A stretch of DNA of 35,470 nucleotides from Octopus sinensis. Taxonomy: Eukaryota. The notes beneath the pieces were generated by a model. It searched no databases. It was given only the letters and a program-made list of their open reading frames with translations, and had not been told where the DNA came from. The DNA is taken from NCBI RefSeq assembly GCF_006345805.1, contig NW_021832018.1, positions 1 through 35,470 on the forward strand, read 5' to 3'. The position numbers were made by a program, and so were the translations under genes. Positions within the stretch are counted from its first letter, which is position 1, and each line of letters starts with the position of its first letter. This document shows positions 23,731 to 35,470 of this stretch, one piece after another.

Positions 23731-24251
23731 CTCGTATTTGTTGTTTCTTTGGTTGTCAATGACACGGAACACACACACACACACACACACACATATATTG
23801 GTTATATAAACATGTATAACATATGAATGAGTGTATATGTGGCTGTCTGTATCTCTCTTTCTCACTCTCTCTGCATATGTATATAATACATACATACACA
23901 CACACATACACACACTCAAACACACACACATACATACACACACACACATATATATACTCACATCGCTCGTATATATCTAAAAGTATGCATAACACATACA
24001 TTAACGTTGACGCAAACATACATACACAAGCCCATACATTGTATGTATGTATTTATGTATGAATGTATGTATGTATGTATGTATGTATCTATCTATCTAT
24101 CTATCTGTAGATAAGAATTAGATATTCTCTGTATATAATACACTTCATATTATAGAATACACTTAGTAGCTCAAGAGATTTAAAGTTGAACGGGTGTAGA
24201 GAAAGTAAGTTACACAGATCAAAAGTATATTAAATTCATGAGACTCGACTC

Positions 24252-24319
24252 ATCCTACGATGGTATCAGTCCGCAAACATTACTTTGGACACCTGAGCTC
24301 CCAGAAACAGCTGTTGGAT
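24252..24319 (+). ncRNA. Broken hammerhead-like motif
   Basis: ATCC-TACGA (damaged core)-TGG...CCA-GAAA-CAGCTG-TT-GGAT. It has the same palindromic helix III as 28901-28908. Confidence 0.4.
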
Positions 24320-24526
24320 TTGTAATACTTTTCTTCAACTTCTTTAATTCTCTATAACATATGTATTCTGTGTACCTCTTTGTATGTAAACTTATATATA
24401 CATTTTTTGTATTTCACGTATTTAATATACTTTACATATTGATCTCTCTAACTTGAGTATCCTTACATATTCTTCTCTCTCTCCCCGCCTCTATCTCTTC
24501 TCTATATATATACTTCGTAAAATGAG

Positions 24527-24580
<54 letters not shown>

Positions 24581-24590
24581 ATATGTTTTA

Positions 24591-24632
<42 letters not shown>

Positions 24633-25272
24633 TCGTAAAACAAGCTATAATTACATTTCTTCTCAAAAACTAAAGAGATTTTTTTCTCCAGGTTTTGGTA
24701 GTAAAAAATCTGTACAAATTCTTATTCTGTGATTTAATAAATGAAACAAGTCTAAGAAGCATGCATCGGCTTAGCACTTGGAAGGAGATTTAATATGCAC
24801 TGGAATATAGGAATATTAGAATTTGCTTCTTTTTAATCCCTCCTTAATGGATTATCTCTAAATGAAAAGCAAGTATTAATGCAATCAAATGTTATTTTTG
24901 GCGTAAGAGAGCGACATGCGTTGATATAAGATGGGGGAAAGTGAGAGAGAAGAAATATATGGACAGAGAGTGAATAAGAGAAGGGGAGAAGGAGAGAGGA
25001 TGAGAACTAGGACGGAGAGATTGAGAGGAAGAGATATTGTTAAAGAAAGATAGAGAAGAGAGAGAGGGAGAGTGAATGAAGGGAGAGAGAAAGACAGGCA
25101 GAGTAAGACACGAACAAAGACATAGATTGGAAGAGAGATGTTTTTCTTTTTATCTTTTAATGGTTCCGGTCATCAGTCTGCGGCTTTACTGGAGCACCAT
25201 CTTATGATAGAAAGAAAGATATTGAGCATGTCTGATATAGTTTTAGGCACATTTGGCGAGAAGGAGATGGAT

Positions 25273-25304
<32 letters not shown>

Positions 25305-25333
25305 TGTATTATGTATGCATGTGTGTATGTATG

Positions 25334-25364
<31 letters not shown>

Positions 25365-25408
25365 TTGTGTGTGTGTGTGCATGTATATATATATATATGG
25401 ATATATAT

Positions 25409-25820
25409 TCTTTTTTTTTACTTGTTTCAGTCATTTGACTGGAGCTATGCTGGAGCAATGCTTTCAAAGGTTTCTAGCCAAGCAAATCGACCCCAGAAGT
25501 TATTTTCTAAAGCTTAGTAATATTCTATCGGTCACTTTGCCGAACCGCTAGAATACGGGGATGTAAACACACCAACACCGGTTGTCAAGCGGTGATGGCG
25601 AAAGACAAACACAGAAACAAAGACACATACGCAAATGCGAGCGCGTGTGCGCGCACACACACACACACACATAACGGGCTTCTTTCAGCTCCGTTTACCA
25701 AACCCACTCAAGGCTTTTGTCCGTTCGAAGCTATTGCAGAAGACACTTGCCTAAGGTATCACGCAGTGGGATTGAACCCGGAACTATGTGGTTGAGAAGA
25801 TAGCTTCTTACCATACAGCC

Positions 25821-25821
<1 letters not shown>
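25409..25821 (-). mobile_element. Full-length tRNA-derived SINE
   Basis: Collinear with 1119-1487 from head to ...GACTGAAACAAGTAAAA tail. Confidence 0.92.
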
Positions 25822-25857
<36 letters not shown>

Positions 25858-25952
25858 ATTATATATATATAGTTGAGTATAGAAATTCGGGGTGAGTACT
25901 TGATAATTATAAGCACCTGTGTATACCGTTTGGTGGTGTAGGTGGTGGAGTA

Positions 25953-26079
25953 ATTGATCAAAATAAAAACATGATGCCAAGGATTCAGCGGTACATCTTA
26001 TAAATGTGTTATAAATCTGTCTAATAAAGGCCCGAAACATATGTACCGCTGAATCCTGGCATCATGTTTTTATTTTGAT

Positions 26080-26083
<4 letters not shown>
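25953..26083. repeat. Inverted repeat (44/43-bp arms, 44-nt spacer) containing a hammerhead 3' half
   Basis: The arms differ by one indel. GAAA-CATATG-TA lies at 26034-26045. Confidence 0.92.
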
Positions 26084-26135
<52 letters not shown>

Positions 26136-26329
26136 TACGTATATAAATTAGAGAAGAACTACCATGTAGCAATTCAAGGATCTTATACTTAATCATACTA
26201 TATAGAAAAAAATTAAAGAACGATAAAGCATTTACCTAGAACTAAATAAAGTACGAATAATAAATGAATAGTATAAATAGTAACGCACCAATATATATAT
26301 ATATATATTATATATATCTTACCATACAG

Positions 26330-26379
<50 letters not shown>

Positions 26380-26380
26380 T

Positions 26381-26434
<54 letters not shown>

Positions 26435-26525
26435 GTATTATATATATATATATATAAATATAAATATATATATATATAAAGAGAGAGAGAGAGAGAGAGA
26501 GAGGGAGATAGAGATGTATATATCT

Positions 26526-27026
26526 AGAAAGAAAGAGAAAGGTAGAGATTAAGGATAGATAGATTGACTGAAAGAGCGGAGACCGAGATGAATAAGAAGA
26601 TATATCGTAGATCTGTGATATAGAGAACAGAGAAGGAGAGAGAGAGGGAGGGAGAGGAGAGAGAGGAGAGGAGAGAGGGAGGAGAGAGAGGGAGAGAGAG
26701 AGGGGGAGAAGAGAGAGGAGAGATAAAAGTGAGATGTAGATCGAGAAAGAAAGGAAAAAGTTGCTTTAAAGAGAAAGAAAGAGAAAGGTAGAGATTAAGG
26801 ATAGATAGATTGACTGAAAGAGCGGAGACCGAGATGAATAAGAAGATATATCGTAGATCTGTGATATAGAGAACAGAGAAGGAGAGAGAGAGGGAGGAGA
26901 GAGAGAGGGAGAGAGAGAGGGAGAGAGAGGGAGAGAGAGGGAGAGAGAGGGAGAGAGAGAGGGAGAGAGAGAGAGATAAAAGTGAGATGTAGATCGAGAA
27001 AGAAAGGAAAAAGTTGCTTTAAAGAG
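26526..27026 (+). repeat. Tandem duplication of about 250 bp, purine-rich
   Basis: Copies at 26526-26771 and 26772-27026 are essentially identical except for the internal (GA)n tract. Confidence 0.93.
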
Positions 27027-27711
27027 GAAAGAAAGAGAAAGAGCGAGCGAGAGGGAGAGAGAAGCAAAGAACAAAAGAGAGAGAGTGTGTTTGGATAAAA
27101 GAACAATGGAAGTTTAGAGTTGTCTCGCTTGTGTATAACTTCCAGCTGTTTTAACACCCAATGCTTTGAGGTGCTAAATTTAATACCCAGTGCTTATACC
27201 GAACCATATTGCAGCCTACTCGCCAACAACCAAAACACGTAAATTGAGTTTGTGTTCGATAGTGTTTACAACCCTAGCGCTGCTTCTAGTTTATAATTGT
27301 TCCACTGTATCTTAACTTTCTTGACACTTTCTCCTCTATATTCTTCTTCACTACTTTATTGACAAAATATTACTGTTCGAAACGTCAAAGTTTGTTTTTC
27401 TGCACTATTCTTCCTTAGTAGAATTAATTAACTTCTAATCCGGTTGATGATGTTTGTTTCTGTTCAATGAAATTGATTCAATCATATCAGCAGAGCTTCT
27501 AGAAACTATGTAGGAGAAAAACCTCTTCAATAATTAAAAAAAATTGTCTAGGGAAATTTACTTGAGAATTTGCCTGGTCGCTATTTAATCAGGTTCTGTT
27601 CGAGTCAACAACAGTATGCATAATACCAATAGCCATTCTCTACTATTTTCTCTATGTTTGCTACTGAAATTATGTACATTTATAATTTATCTACAGATTT
27701 ACACCAGAATC

Positions 27712-28037
27712 ATTGACCTAGAGTGTCGGGCTCACAGTCATGAGGTAGTGAGTTCGATTCCCTGATTAGGCTGTGTTGTTTTCTTGAGCAAGGCACTTTA
27801 TTTCACGTTGCTCCAGTTCACTCAGCTGTGGAAATGAGTTGCAACGTCACTGGTACCAAGCTGTATCGGCCCCTTTGCCTTTCCCTTGACAACATCAGTG
27901 GCGTGGCGAAGAGTGGATGGTAAGCATGGGCGACTGCGGGTTCTTCCATAAACAATCTTGCCCAGACATGTGTTATGGAGGGGTACTTTCTAGGTTCAAT
28001 CTCATGGTCATTCGTGACCGAAGGGGGTCTTTACTCT
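27712..28037 (+). mobile_element. tRNA-derived SINE
   Basis: GAGTTCGATTCCC B-box, CTTGAGCAAGGCACTTTATTTCACGTTGCTCCAGTTCACTCAGCTG body, GTGACCGAAGGGGGTCTTTAC tail. Confidence 0.85.
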
Positions 28038-28123
28038 TATGTGTGTGTGTGTTCGGATGTTGTTATACATCGCTGATCTCAATGCACTTCGCTTAGTTTT
28101 AGCCTTCGAATGATGCCTTCGAA

Positions 28124-28235
28124 TGGAGCAACGTTAAGTGAAGTGTTTTGCTCAAGAACCTTACGCGTAGCTGGTCTGGGAATCGAAATCACGATCTCAC
28201 CATCGTGAGTACAACACCTCTGATCACTATACCAA
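28124..28235 (-). mobile_element. SINE head fragment
   Basis: Minus strand GATTTCGATTCCCAGACCAG...CTTGAGCAAAACACTT. Confidence 0.7.
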
Positions 28236-28271
28236 CTCCTCATAATACCTACATACATACATATATATACA

Positions 28272-28307
<36 letters not shown>

Positions 28308-28333
28308 TGTATAGTATATATGTATGATAATAG

Positions 28334-28376
<43 letters not shown>

Positions 28377-28406
28377 TATATAGATTATATCTATATATAT
28401 ATATTA

Positions 28407-28480
<74 letters not shown>

Positions 28481-28627
28481 CACCACATACCTAAATGGTG
28501 GTGCCCCAGCATGACCACAGCTCGTGAGATGAAACTAGTTCAATTCAATTCAATACACACAACATACACACACACACAAGAAAAATAAGAACATTGAGAT
28601 AATCAAGTAATATTATTATTTATCAAT

Positions 28628-28931
28628 TACAAAAAAGACATAATCTCTGACAGTTGTTTCGATTCAGACTTTAAAAATTATTAAAATAATTCAATCATTA
28701 TAAAGTTACATTTTTATATTTTTATGTGCTAAGTGTATGGAGCATTTCGGGTAACTGTATATTTCGGTTGGCCGAAATGCTCCATACACTTAGCACATAA
28801 AAATATAAAAATGTAATGGTATATCTTTTCGCTACCTCTGACGAGATTCAACTTTAAAATGATTTAATTATTTTAATTAATTTTTAAAGTCTGAGTCGAA
28901 ACAGCTGTCAGTGATTATGTCTATTTTTGTA
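28628..28931. repeat. Compound fold-back (inverted duplication) of a PLE-type terminal repeat
   Basis: Inner arms 28706-28750 and 28772-28816 match 45/45. Outer arms 28628-28707 and 28850-28931 have 7 differences in about 82 nt. Confidence 0.95.
28836..28911 (+). ncRNA. Type I hammerhead motif with long AU-rich helix II
   Basis: CTGACGA (28838)-GATTCA-ACTTTAAAA...TTTTAAAGT-C-TGAGTC-GAAA-CAGCTG-TC-AG. The core is intact with a GUC site, but helix I is only about 2 bp. Confidence 0.7.
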
Positions 28932-29156
28932 TTTAATAAATATTTTGGACTAATTAATTGATTTATCGCTATTTTCTTATTTTTCTTAAATAAATATAAA
29001 ACTCAGTTTATTTCATTATTTATATTTGAATATTAAATCTAATATTCAAAATAGATAATAGGTAAGAAAACAGTAAAATTCATTGAAAAATATTATCGCT
29101 TAATGAGGCTTATTTAACCTCTAATTGAATATATATATATACATATACACACACTC

Positions 29157-29210
<54 letters not shown>

Positions 29211-29277
29211 TGCCTATTTTTTTTTTTTGTTCAAAATATTTATTATATATATGTATATATATATGTATATATACATA

Positions 29278-29520
29278 CAGGGGCATGGGTGGCTGTGTGG
29301 TAAGTAGTTTGCATACCAATCACAGGGTTCCGGGTTCAGTTCCACCGCGTGGCATCTTGGGCAAGCGTATTCTACTATAGCCATGGTCCGACCAAAGTTT
29401 TGTGAGTGGATATGGTAGGCGGAAACTGAAAGAAGCTCGTCGTATGTATATATATATATATATATATATGTAAATGTTTGTGTGTCTGTGTTTGTCCCCC
29501 ACCATCGCTCTTAACCACTA
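29278..29520 (+). mobile_element. tRNA-derived SINE, 3'-truncated
   Basis: GGGCATGGGTGGCTGTGTGGTAAGTAG...GGTTCCGGGTTCAGTTCCACCGCGTGGC. Confidence 0.9.
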
Positions 29521-29534
29521 CGTCATATGTCCGT

Positions 29535-29639
29535 GGGCATATGGCGTAGTGGTTAAGAGCGCGAGGTCTACTAACCCCAAGATTCCGAGTTCGATTCCTG
29601 GCAGTGACTTGAATAATGATGATGATGATGATAATAATA

Positions 29640-29689
<50 letters not shown>

Positions 29690-29915
29690 TTATAATAATA
29701 ATAATAATAATATAATAATAAAAATAATGATACCAGGCAGTGGCTCTCATGGCTCCTGATCTTAAGTGATTGGAAGTGTTACCTTGTACATGCTTTGTCT
29801 TGGTATAAAAGATGGGCAACAGCAAATATTATGCTCAATACCACAGATTTGCTTGTCAGTTGTTTGACCATAACCAGTTGAGTATGTCCCTTAATGGCTG
29901 ACGATATGTGCATCT
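29535..29915 (+). mobile_element. tRNA-derived SINE with internal (AAT)n
   Basis: TGGCGTAGTGG A-box and GAGTTCGATTCC B-box, followed by (AAT)n and a distinct tail. Confidence 0.75.
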
Positions 29916-30028
29916 CTGATCACGAGTAGTAACAATAACAACAAAACAACAACAACAACAACAGCAACAATAATAATAACATCGAAAAATACCTTAGGAA
30001 TGAGAACCGAGGTTCGAAATTTCTCCAA

Positions 30029-30073
30029 GACACCTGATGAAAGCTGGAGGGTATATCAGCCGAAAGGTTGTGT
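30029..30073 (+). ncRNA. Minimal type I hammerhead motif
   Basis: GACAC-CTGATGA-AA-GCTG-GAGGGTATAT-CAGC-C-GAAA-GG-TT-GTGT, giving a 4-bp helix I and a 4-bp helix II. Confidence 0.65.
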
Positions 30074-30136
30074 AAACAACAAACAAGATGAGGACAAATA
30101 TCCGGCGAATGTAAATTATGTAAAAAAATTTTCTCA

Positions 30137-30173
<37 letters not shown>

Positions 30174-30591
30174 TATACCTTTATATATGTGTGTTTGTAT
30201 GTGTGTGTATAAATGTTATAACACGTTGAGTCTGGAGCTAAATTTTCGACTAAGACGTATTTTCGTATTTATGAAATATGTATTCCTATTAATGTTCGCT
30301 TTCCTCTGACATTTAATTTTTAATGTTGAACTCGGAAGGCTGAACAGTATTACTGTCAAGATTTACTTTAAGAGACGATACGTTTAAGTTTTACGGCTCA
30401 GTCTCCATATATTCTGATTCTATCTTACTGCCGTGTATGAAGTCAAGAACTCTCATAAACCTCTTTCTCGAGATCTCTTGACATAGACGTGTGTTTTTGT
30501 ATAATTTATCTATACTAGTTACATGAATCAGTCTCTAATGTGAATAAGTAACAAGTACATACACGCGTATACATATGTGTATATGTAAAGT

Positions 30592-30785
30592 GATAAACTT
30601 GGCACAAACGTTAGCACGTCGGAAAAATGGTCAGCAACACTTGTTTTAGTTCTTTACGTTCTGAGTTCAAATTCTACCGAGGCTGACTTTGGCTTTCACC
30701 CCTTCGCGTCTATAAAATAAAATGCCAGTCAAGTACTCGATCGATGTAACCGACTTCTTCCCTCTCCTCAAAAGTTGCTGTCCTT
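30592..30785 (+). mobile_element. CORE-like SINE
   Basis: CGTTAGCACG...GTTCTGAGTTCAAATTCTACCGAGG...GATGTAACCGACTT. Confidence 0.85.
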
Positions 30786-30892
30786 AAACCTTGCAAAGGG
30801 CGTGTGTCTCGTTCAGTGGGAATGTTTTGGTCTCGAGAACCTGGGTGACTGGCTTAATCAATCTCAGCGCTCAGGAAATATATAAAAATCTA

Positions 30893-31028
30893 TATACGAG
30901 GGGCTGTAGAAAAGCTCGTGGCTTTGGGTAAAAGAAAATACAAGAAGATCAGTTAATTATGATTTTATTCAACATATTCTCCTCTCAGATTCACACACTT
31001 ATTGTAGCGGTTCTTCAGTTTTTCTAAG
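30893..31028 (-). mobile_element. Mariner terminal fragment
   Basis: TATACGAGGGGCTGTAGAAAAGCTCGTGGCTT is a TA-flanked mariner-type TIR with typical subterminal sequence. The orientation is inferred. Confidence 0.6.
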
Positions 31029-32375
31029 CTCTACGATGCCGATGAAGCTGAAATAACCGCGAAATATCGACAGCCGTCGTTTCTCATTCTCCCACGGAGC
31101 GAATCGTCTCTCTGGTTTAAAAGGTAGTGAGTGTTTTTTTTTCTTTTAAAGCCCGGTATCTTAAAAGGACTTTCCCTTCTGACGCAATCCCGCAGCTAAT
31201 AACAACATAATGCAAAACGCATGCATTCAGTATGTGACATCGGTAATATTTATGTTATTAGAGCAGCTAATAATTCAAAATGGAATTTTAATTAAAAAAA
31301 CGAAAATATTAATATTTCATTACTTCTTTTGGCTTCTTTTATTATTAGTTTATGTTCCATACAACCAATAATTTGAGACCCGGACATGGATGTTCATGCA
31401 ATTAACCAAGCAAACAAACGGCATCAAGGAATTATAAAAATAACCCGCGGCTCTTAAAATTTTGGAGTTTTGATATGTGGAGGGTATTAAGTTATGGTAG
31501 AGGTACTCAGTTATTAGGGTTAGCATAACCGTATTTTAAAATTAATTACACGCCAACACCAAACTGCTGAATCAGTAATTTAAAATTTTTATTGGCTTTA
31601 GTTAGCTTTTTATTGCTTTTATTAGAGTTAAGGTTACATGTATTGGCGCTTTGTTAGCATGGGCCAAATAAAATTATTATATCATAATAATTCCTCACGT
31701 GCACAGATAAAAGCAAAAATCAAACAATGGCGTACACATCCGTTCTTAATACTTTCCGGCAGATTCGAACATGAATATGCTAATCGCTGTTGTATATTGT
31801 CTTCGGAAAACGACTTCTTTTCAGACGATGTGTGTTTACGACAAATTCGATTCATTGAGAAACCGCCGTTTTTAATGTATTCGTCAATGAATCTCAACTA
31901 GAATTGTGGCTTTTATTTGTACAATTCAGCAAACAAGTTATTTGCTGATGCCCGCCAAACCGATAATAATTAATCATGAGCGCATAGAACAACGAGGATT
32001 TGTTTAACGACCTTCCATGTTCATTCTTAACACGTTTCAGCTGATGAGATTAATTATTTTTTTGATTTGACATTTCAGAAAATCCACTTCAGCGCTATTT
32101 AGAAAAAAAGTGTTGTGAGAACTTATATTATTGTATTAATATAAATATAAAAGAAGAAACTACATTATCTGTTATACATGCGTTTTTTCTACCCAGTAAT
32201 TGTTCAGAATTATAAAAATTATGTTTGATTGATAAATATCATGGCATAAAGTAGTAACACGAAAGACAGAGCTAATCCTGACAATATAGAATCGAATTTT
32301 TGCTTTCTCCTTTTGGCGTAAATAAGAACCAATGACGATGACAAAATACAGGCAATCTTGTCTCTTTCTATGTAG

Positions 32376-32460
32376 CTGTGATTACGAGAGCCGCCGTAGA
32401 CTGCTCAGTCGAAATTATCGGATCACTTGCATAGACCGCATGGTGACAAAATAAAAGCAG
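32376..32460 (+). other. Candidate non-coding or pseudo exon (85 nt)
   Basis: TCTTGTCTCTTTCTATGTAG acceptor and CAG|GTAATA donor, more GC-rich than its flanks. Stops occur in all three frames. Confidence 0.3.
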
Positions 32461-32504
32461 GTAATATATATGCAACAGTTTTTTGTGAATAATTATAAAG
32501 AATC

Positions 32505-32705
32505 AAATGAATGAATGAATGAACGAGTCAATCAATCCATCCATCCATCCATCCATCCATGCATCCTTCCGTCCGTCCGCCGTCCGTCCGTCCGTCCGTC
32601 CGTCCATCCATCCATCCATCCATCCATCCATCCATCAATAAATAATCACTCACTCACTCACTCACTCACCCACTCACTCACTCACTCAGTAACTCAATAA
32701 ATCTG

Positions 32706-32802
<97 letters not shown>

Positions 32803-32939
32803 GTATGTATGTATGCATGCATGTATATATGTATGTATGTATGTCTCTCTCTCTCTCCGTCTGACTGCCTTTGTATGTATGTCTTTCTCTTTCTATCAAT
32901 CCGTCTGACTGCCTATGTATGTATGTATCTCTCTCCCCG

Positions 32940-32970
<31 letters not shown>
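32505..32970. repeat. Compound microsatellite (TGAA/TCCA/TCCG/CACT/TATC/TATG)
   Basis: Direct reading. Confidence 0.95.
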
Positions 32971-32973
<3 letters not shown>

Positions 32974-33407
32974 CACCTTTCTCTTTCGCCACCAATAACT
33001 TTCTATTCTTTCACATTAATTGTAAAAATATTTATTTTGTGGTAACATCTTCTATATATAAGTTGATTTCTCAACTCAAGGGAAATCAATCTGTTTGATT
33101 GATTAATATTTAATTACTTGCTATTTTCTAAATATTATGCACAACTGTGAATCTCCAGATATTCCACCGGAATTCATAAGCAATATTACGTTAACATCAA
33201 AGTAGTAACCATTAAATTCTCCAACAATATTCTTCCAAATTCCATTTTAAATTTGAAAATTATTATCTGGAAGAACTATTGGTGACGTTAATAATATCTA
33301 TAATAAAATCACACTCTGACCATTCATATTTGTAAATCCTGATTAGATTATCAATGTGATTACCTAAATTGCTGTCTTTAGGTATACTATGATGAATATA
33401 TGTGAAT

Positions 33408-33794
33408 GTGGAGGCGCAATGGCCCAGTGGTTAGGGCAGCGGACTCGCGCTCGTAGGATCGCGGTTTCGATTCCCAGACCGGGCGTTGTGAGTGTTTATT
33501 GAGCGAAAAACACCTAAAGTTCCACGAGGCTCCGGCAGGGGATGGTAGTGATCCCTGCTGTACTCTTTATCCACAACTTTCTCTCACTCTTACTTCCTGT
33601 TTCTGTTGTACCTGTATTTCAAGGGGCCGACCTTGTCACTCTCTGTGTCACGCTGAATATCCCCGAGAACTACGTTAAGGGTACACGTGTCTGTGGAGTG
33701 CTCAGCCACTTACACGTTAATTTCACGAGCAGGCTGTTCCGTTGATCGGATCAACCGGAACCCTCGTCGTCGTAACCGACGGAGTGCTTCCCCC
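33408..33794 (+). mobile_element. Full-length tRNA-derived SINE (head type A), putative TSD ATGTGAAT
   Basis: A-box TGGCCCAGTGG (33420) and B-box GTTTCGATTCC (33464). ATGTGAAT occurs at 33400-33407 and 33795-33802. Confidence 0.93.
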
Positions 33795-33815
33795 ATGTGA
33801 ATATTTCAGTAACAA

Positions 33816-34015
33816 GAGGCAGTGAGCTGGCAGAATCGTGGCAAAATGCTTAGCGACATTTCGTCAATCTTCTGGTTCTGAGTTCAAATTCCACCGAGGT
33901 CGACGCCGCCTTTCATCCTTTATGGATCAATAAGATGATTGCCGGTACAGACAGCACTGTACAAGTACTCATTTGTAATCGACTTACCCCCATCCGTTCA
34001 ACTTGCTGGCTTTGT
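33816..34015 (+). mobile_element. CORE-like SINE
   Basis: GAGCTGGCAGAATCG...GTTCTGAGTTCAAATTCCACCGAGGTCGAC...GTAATCGACTTA. Confidence 0.85.
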
Positions 34016-34194
34016 ACCGAAATTTAAAATCGATATTACCCTAAGAAGTAAACCGTAAAATAAATTAAGGATAATTGTGTTATGGTAAATAATATATGTG
34101 GGGTTCTTTGAAAATATAAATAAGAATTTTAATGTGTACCTGTATTTTATATATGTTGGCATATTTATGTATGCGTTTACATAAATTCGGCAAT

Positions 34195-34470
34195 TTCACA
34201 ATTATAGAAGCACTTCTTATAAACAAATTGAAACCATCCATTAACAACAGGAACTACACGAAGCAGACATATTACTGTAGCAACAGCAGTCCGCGCATGT
34301 CATCTTCATCCTTGCTCTCCTGTCCTTTTCCCTCTACTTCTGAGCAACAAACTCTTTCCAATCACTGCTTTTCCGAATTTCCTGAAGAAGGGCTCTTCAC
34401 CCCGAAATATAAAAATACAAGGTAAAACTGCAACTTCGTTCTGTTTTCTTTTCAATTTGTTGTTTACTTT
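34195..34470 (+). mobile_element. Penelope-like element 3' end (endonuclease C-terminus plus hammerhead-like terminal repeat)
   Basis: IIEALLINKLKPSINNR matches the GIY-YIG C-terminal E..LI..LKP.IN pattern. CTGAAGA-AGGG-CTCTTCA-CCCC-GAAA lies at 34382-34407. Confidence 0.7.
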
Positions 34471-34514
34471 GTACCTTCTCGCATTGTTCCGGCTTTACAC
34501 ACACGCACACACAA

Positions 34515-34547
<33 letters not shown>

Positions 34548-34554
34548 CACATGC

Positions 34555-34594
<40 letters not shown>

Positions 34595-35470
34595 AAAAAA
34601 ATACAAACTGGGACAAGAACGCAAAACATTTAGAAGACGATACAAAAAACACGGACGGGACATTCAAAGCCTTCAATCTTCAGTCAAGAACCGGATCATC
34701 CTTGAGATTGCTCCGACCTGGCCAGCCCCAAAGGAAAATCTAAGCCAAGCGCATTAGATTCCTTGGAAGAAAGCCTCGAATGTATACAAAACAAGGACAA
34801 GAACGAATAAGAATACGAAAATACGTAAAAACAATAATGATAATAATAATAACAAAAACAGGATGTCACAGACATATGTATATACATTTACATACAATGT
34901 AATGGGTTAAGATAACCGCCCAAAATCAACAGCAGTTGGGAAAGAGTGATCGTCTATGTCTATCAGTTTCCATTGCCTTAGTTGCTACGGATAGGAATAA
35001 ATATTGTAGATATTTAGCATTTTTGTCTTTAGGAAAATGGAGGAATCGGGGGGAAGCTAAAAGTGTTTTGGGTTAGCAAATAGTAAAACAATTAATTAAA
35101 AGAGTAGAATAATTGTATTTTCATGCAAAAGGAGAATGTTAATATTTCGATCGCTTGTCTTTTTTTTTGAGGAGAAGAGACAGATACGAATGCCTTACTT
35201 GTTGGTAGCAAAAATTTTGCATTCTTGTGAAATAGAGTTCTTTTTACTTTTCTCTTTTAGAAGTTATTTTTGTTGCTTGATATAAAACTACGTTAAATTA
35301 TGCCAACGAAAGACAGATGAAAATCAAGATAAATGATTTTATTGTCATTATTTTCATCAGTAATGTCAAGCAGATATTACAATTCCACGGGGCAAGATGA
35401 TAAACAGCAATATATATGGAAAAGATATAGTATTAGCGCTAATTACAGTTAATTATGATTGATATTGCTG

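Noticed and set aside
31682-31900. Minus ORF RFIDEYIKNGGF... and overlapping plus ORF
   Set aside because: Short, no recognisable domain, and only moderate splice signals. This is expected by chance.

Overview
AT-rich, repeat-saturated animal genomic DNA, most likely octopus (inferred from the SINE families and the extreme (TA)n/(TATC)n/(TACA)n content). I recognise no intact protein-coding gene. Almost all supplied ORFs are microsatellite read-throughs. The window contains many tRNA-derived SINEs, decayed mariner and maT (DD37D) DNA transposons, and Penelope-like retroelement (PLE) remnants including a GIY-YIG endonuclease fragment. The strongest signal outside standard annotation is about 13 complete, variant or half hammerhead-ribozyme (HHR) motifs from several sequence families, most with short palindromic helix III. 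The best-preserved one is at 15307-15364 on the minus strand. Three of these loci sit in or next to long fold-back inverted repeats. There is also modular 3'-tail swapping among SINEs and a few unverified exon candidates. All alignments and folds were done by eye, and repeat boundaries are approximate.
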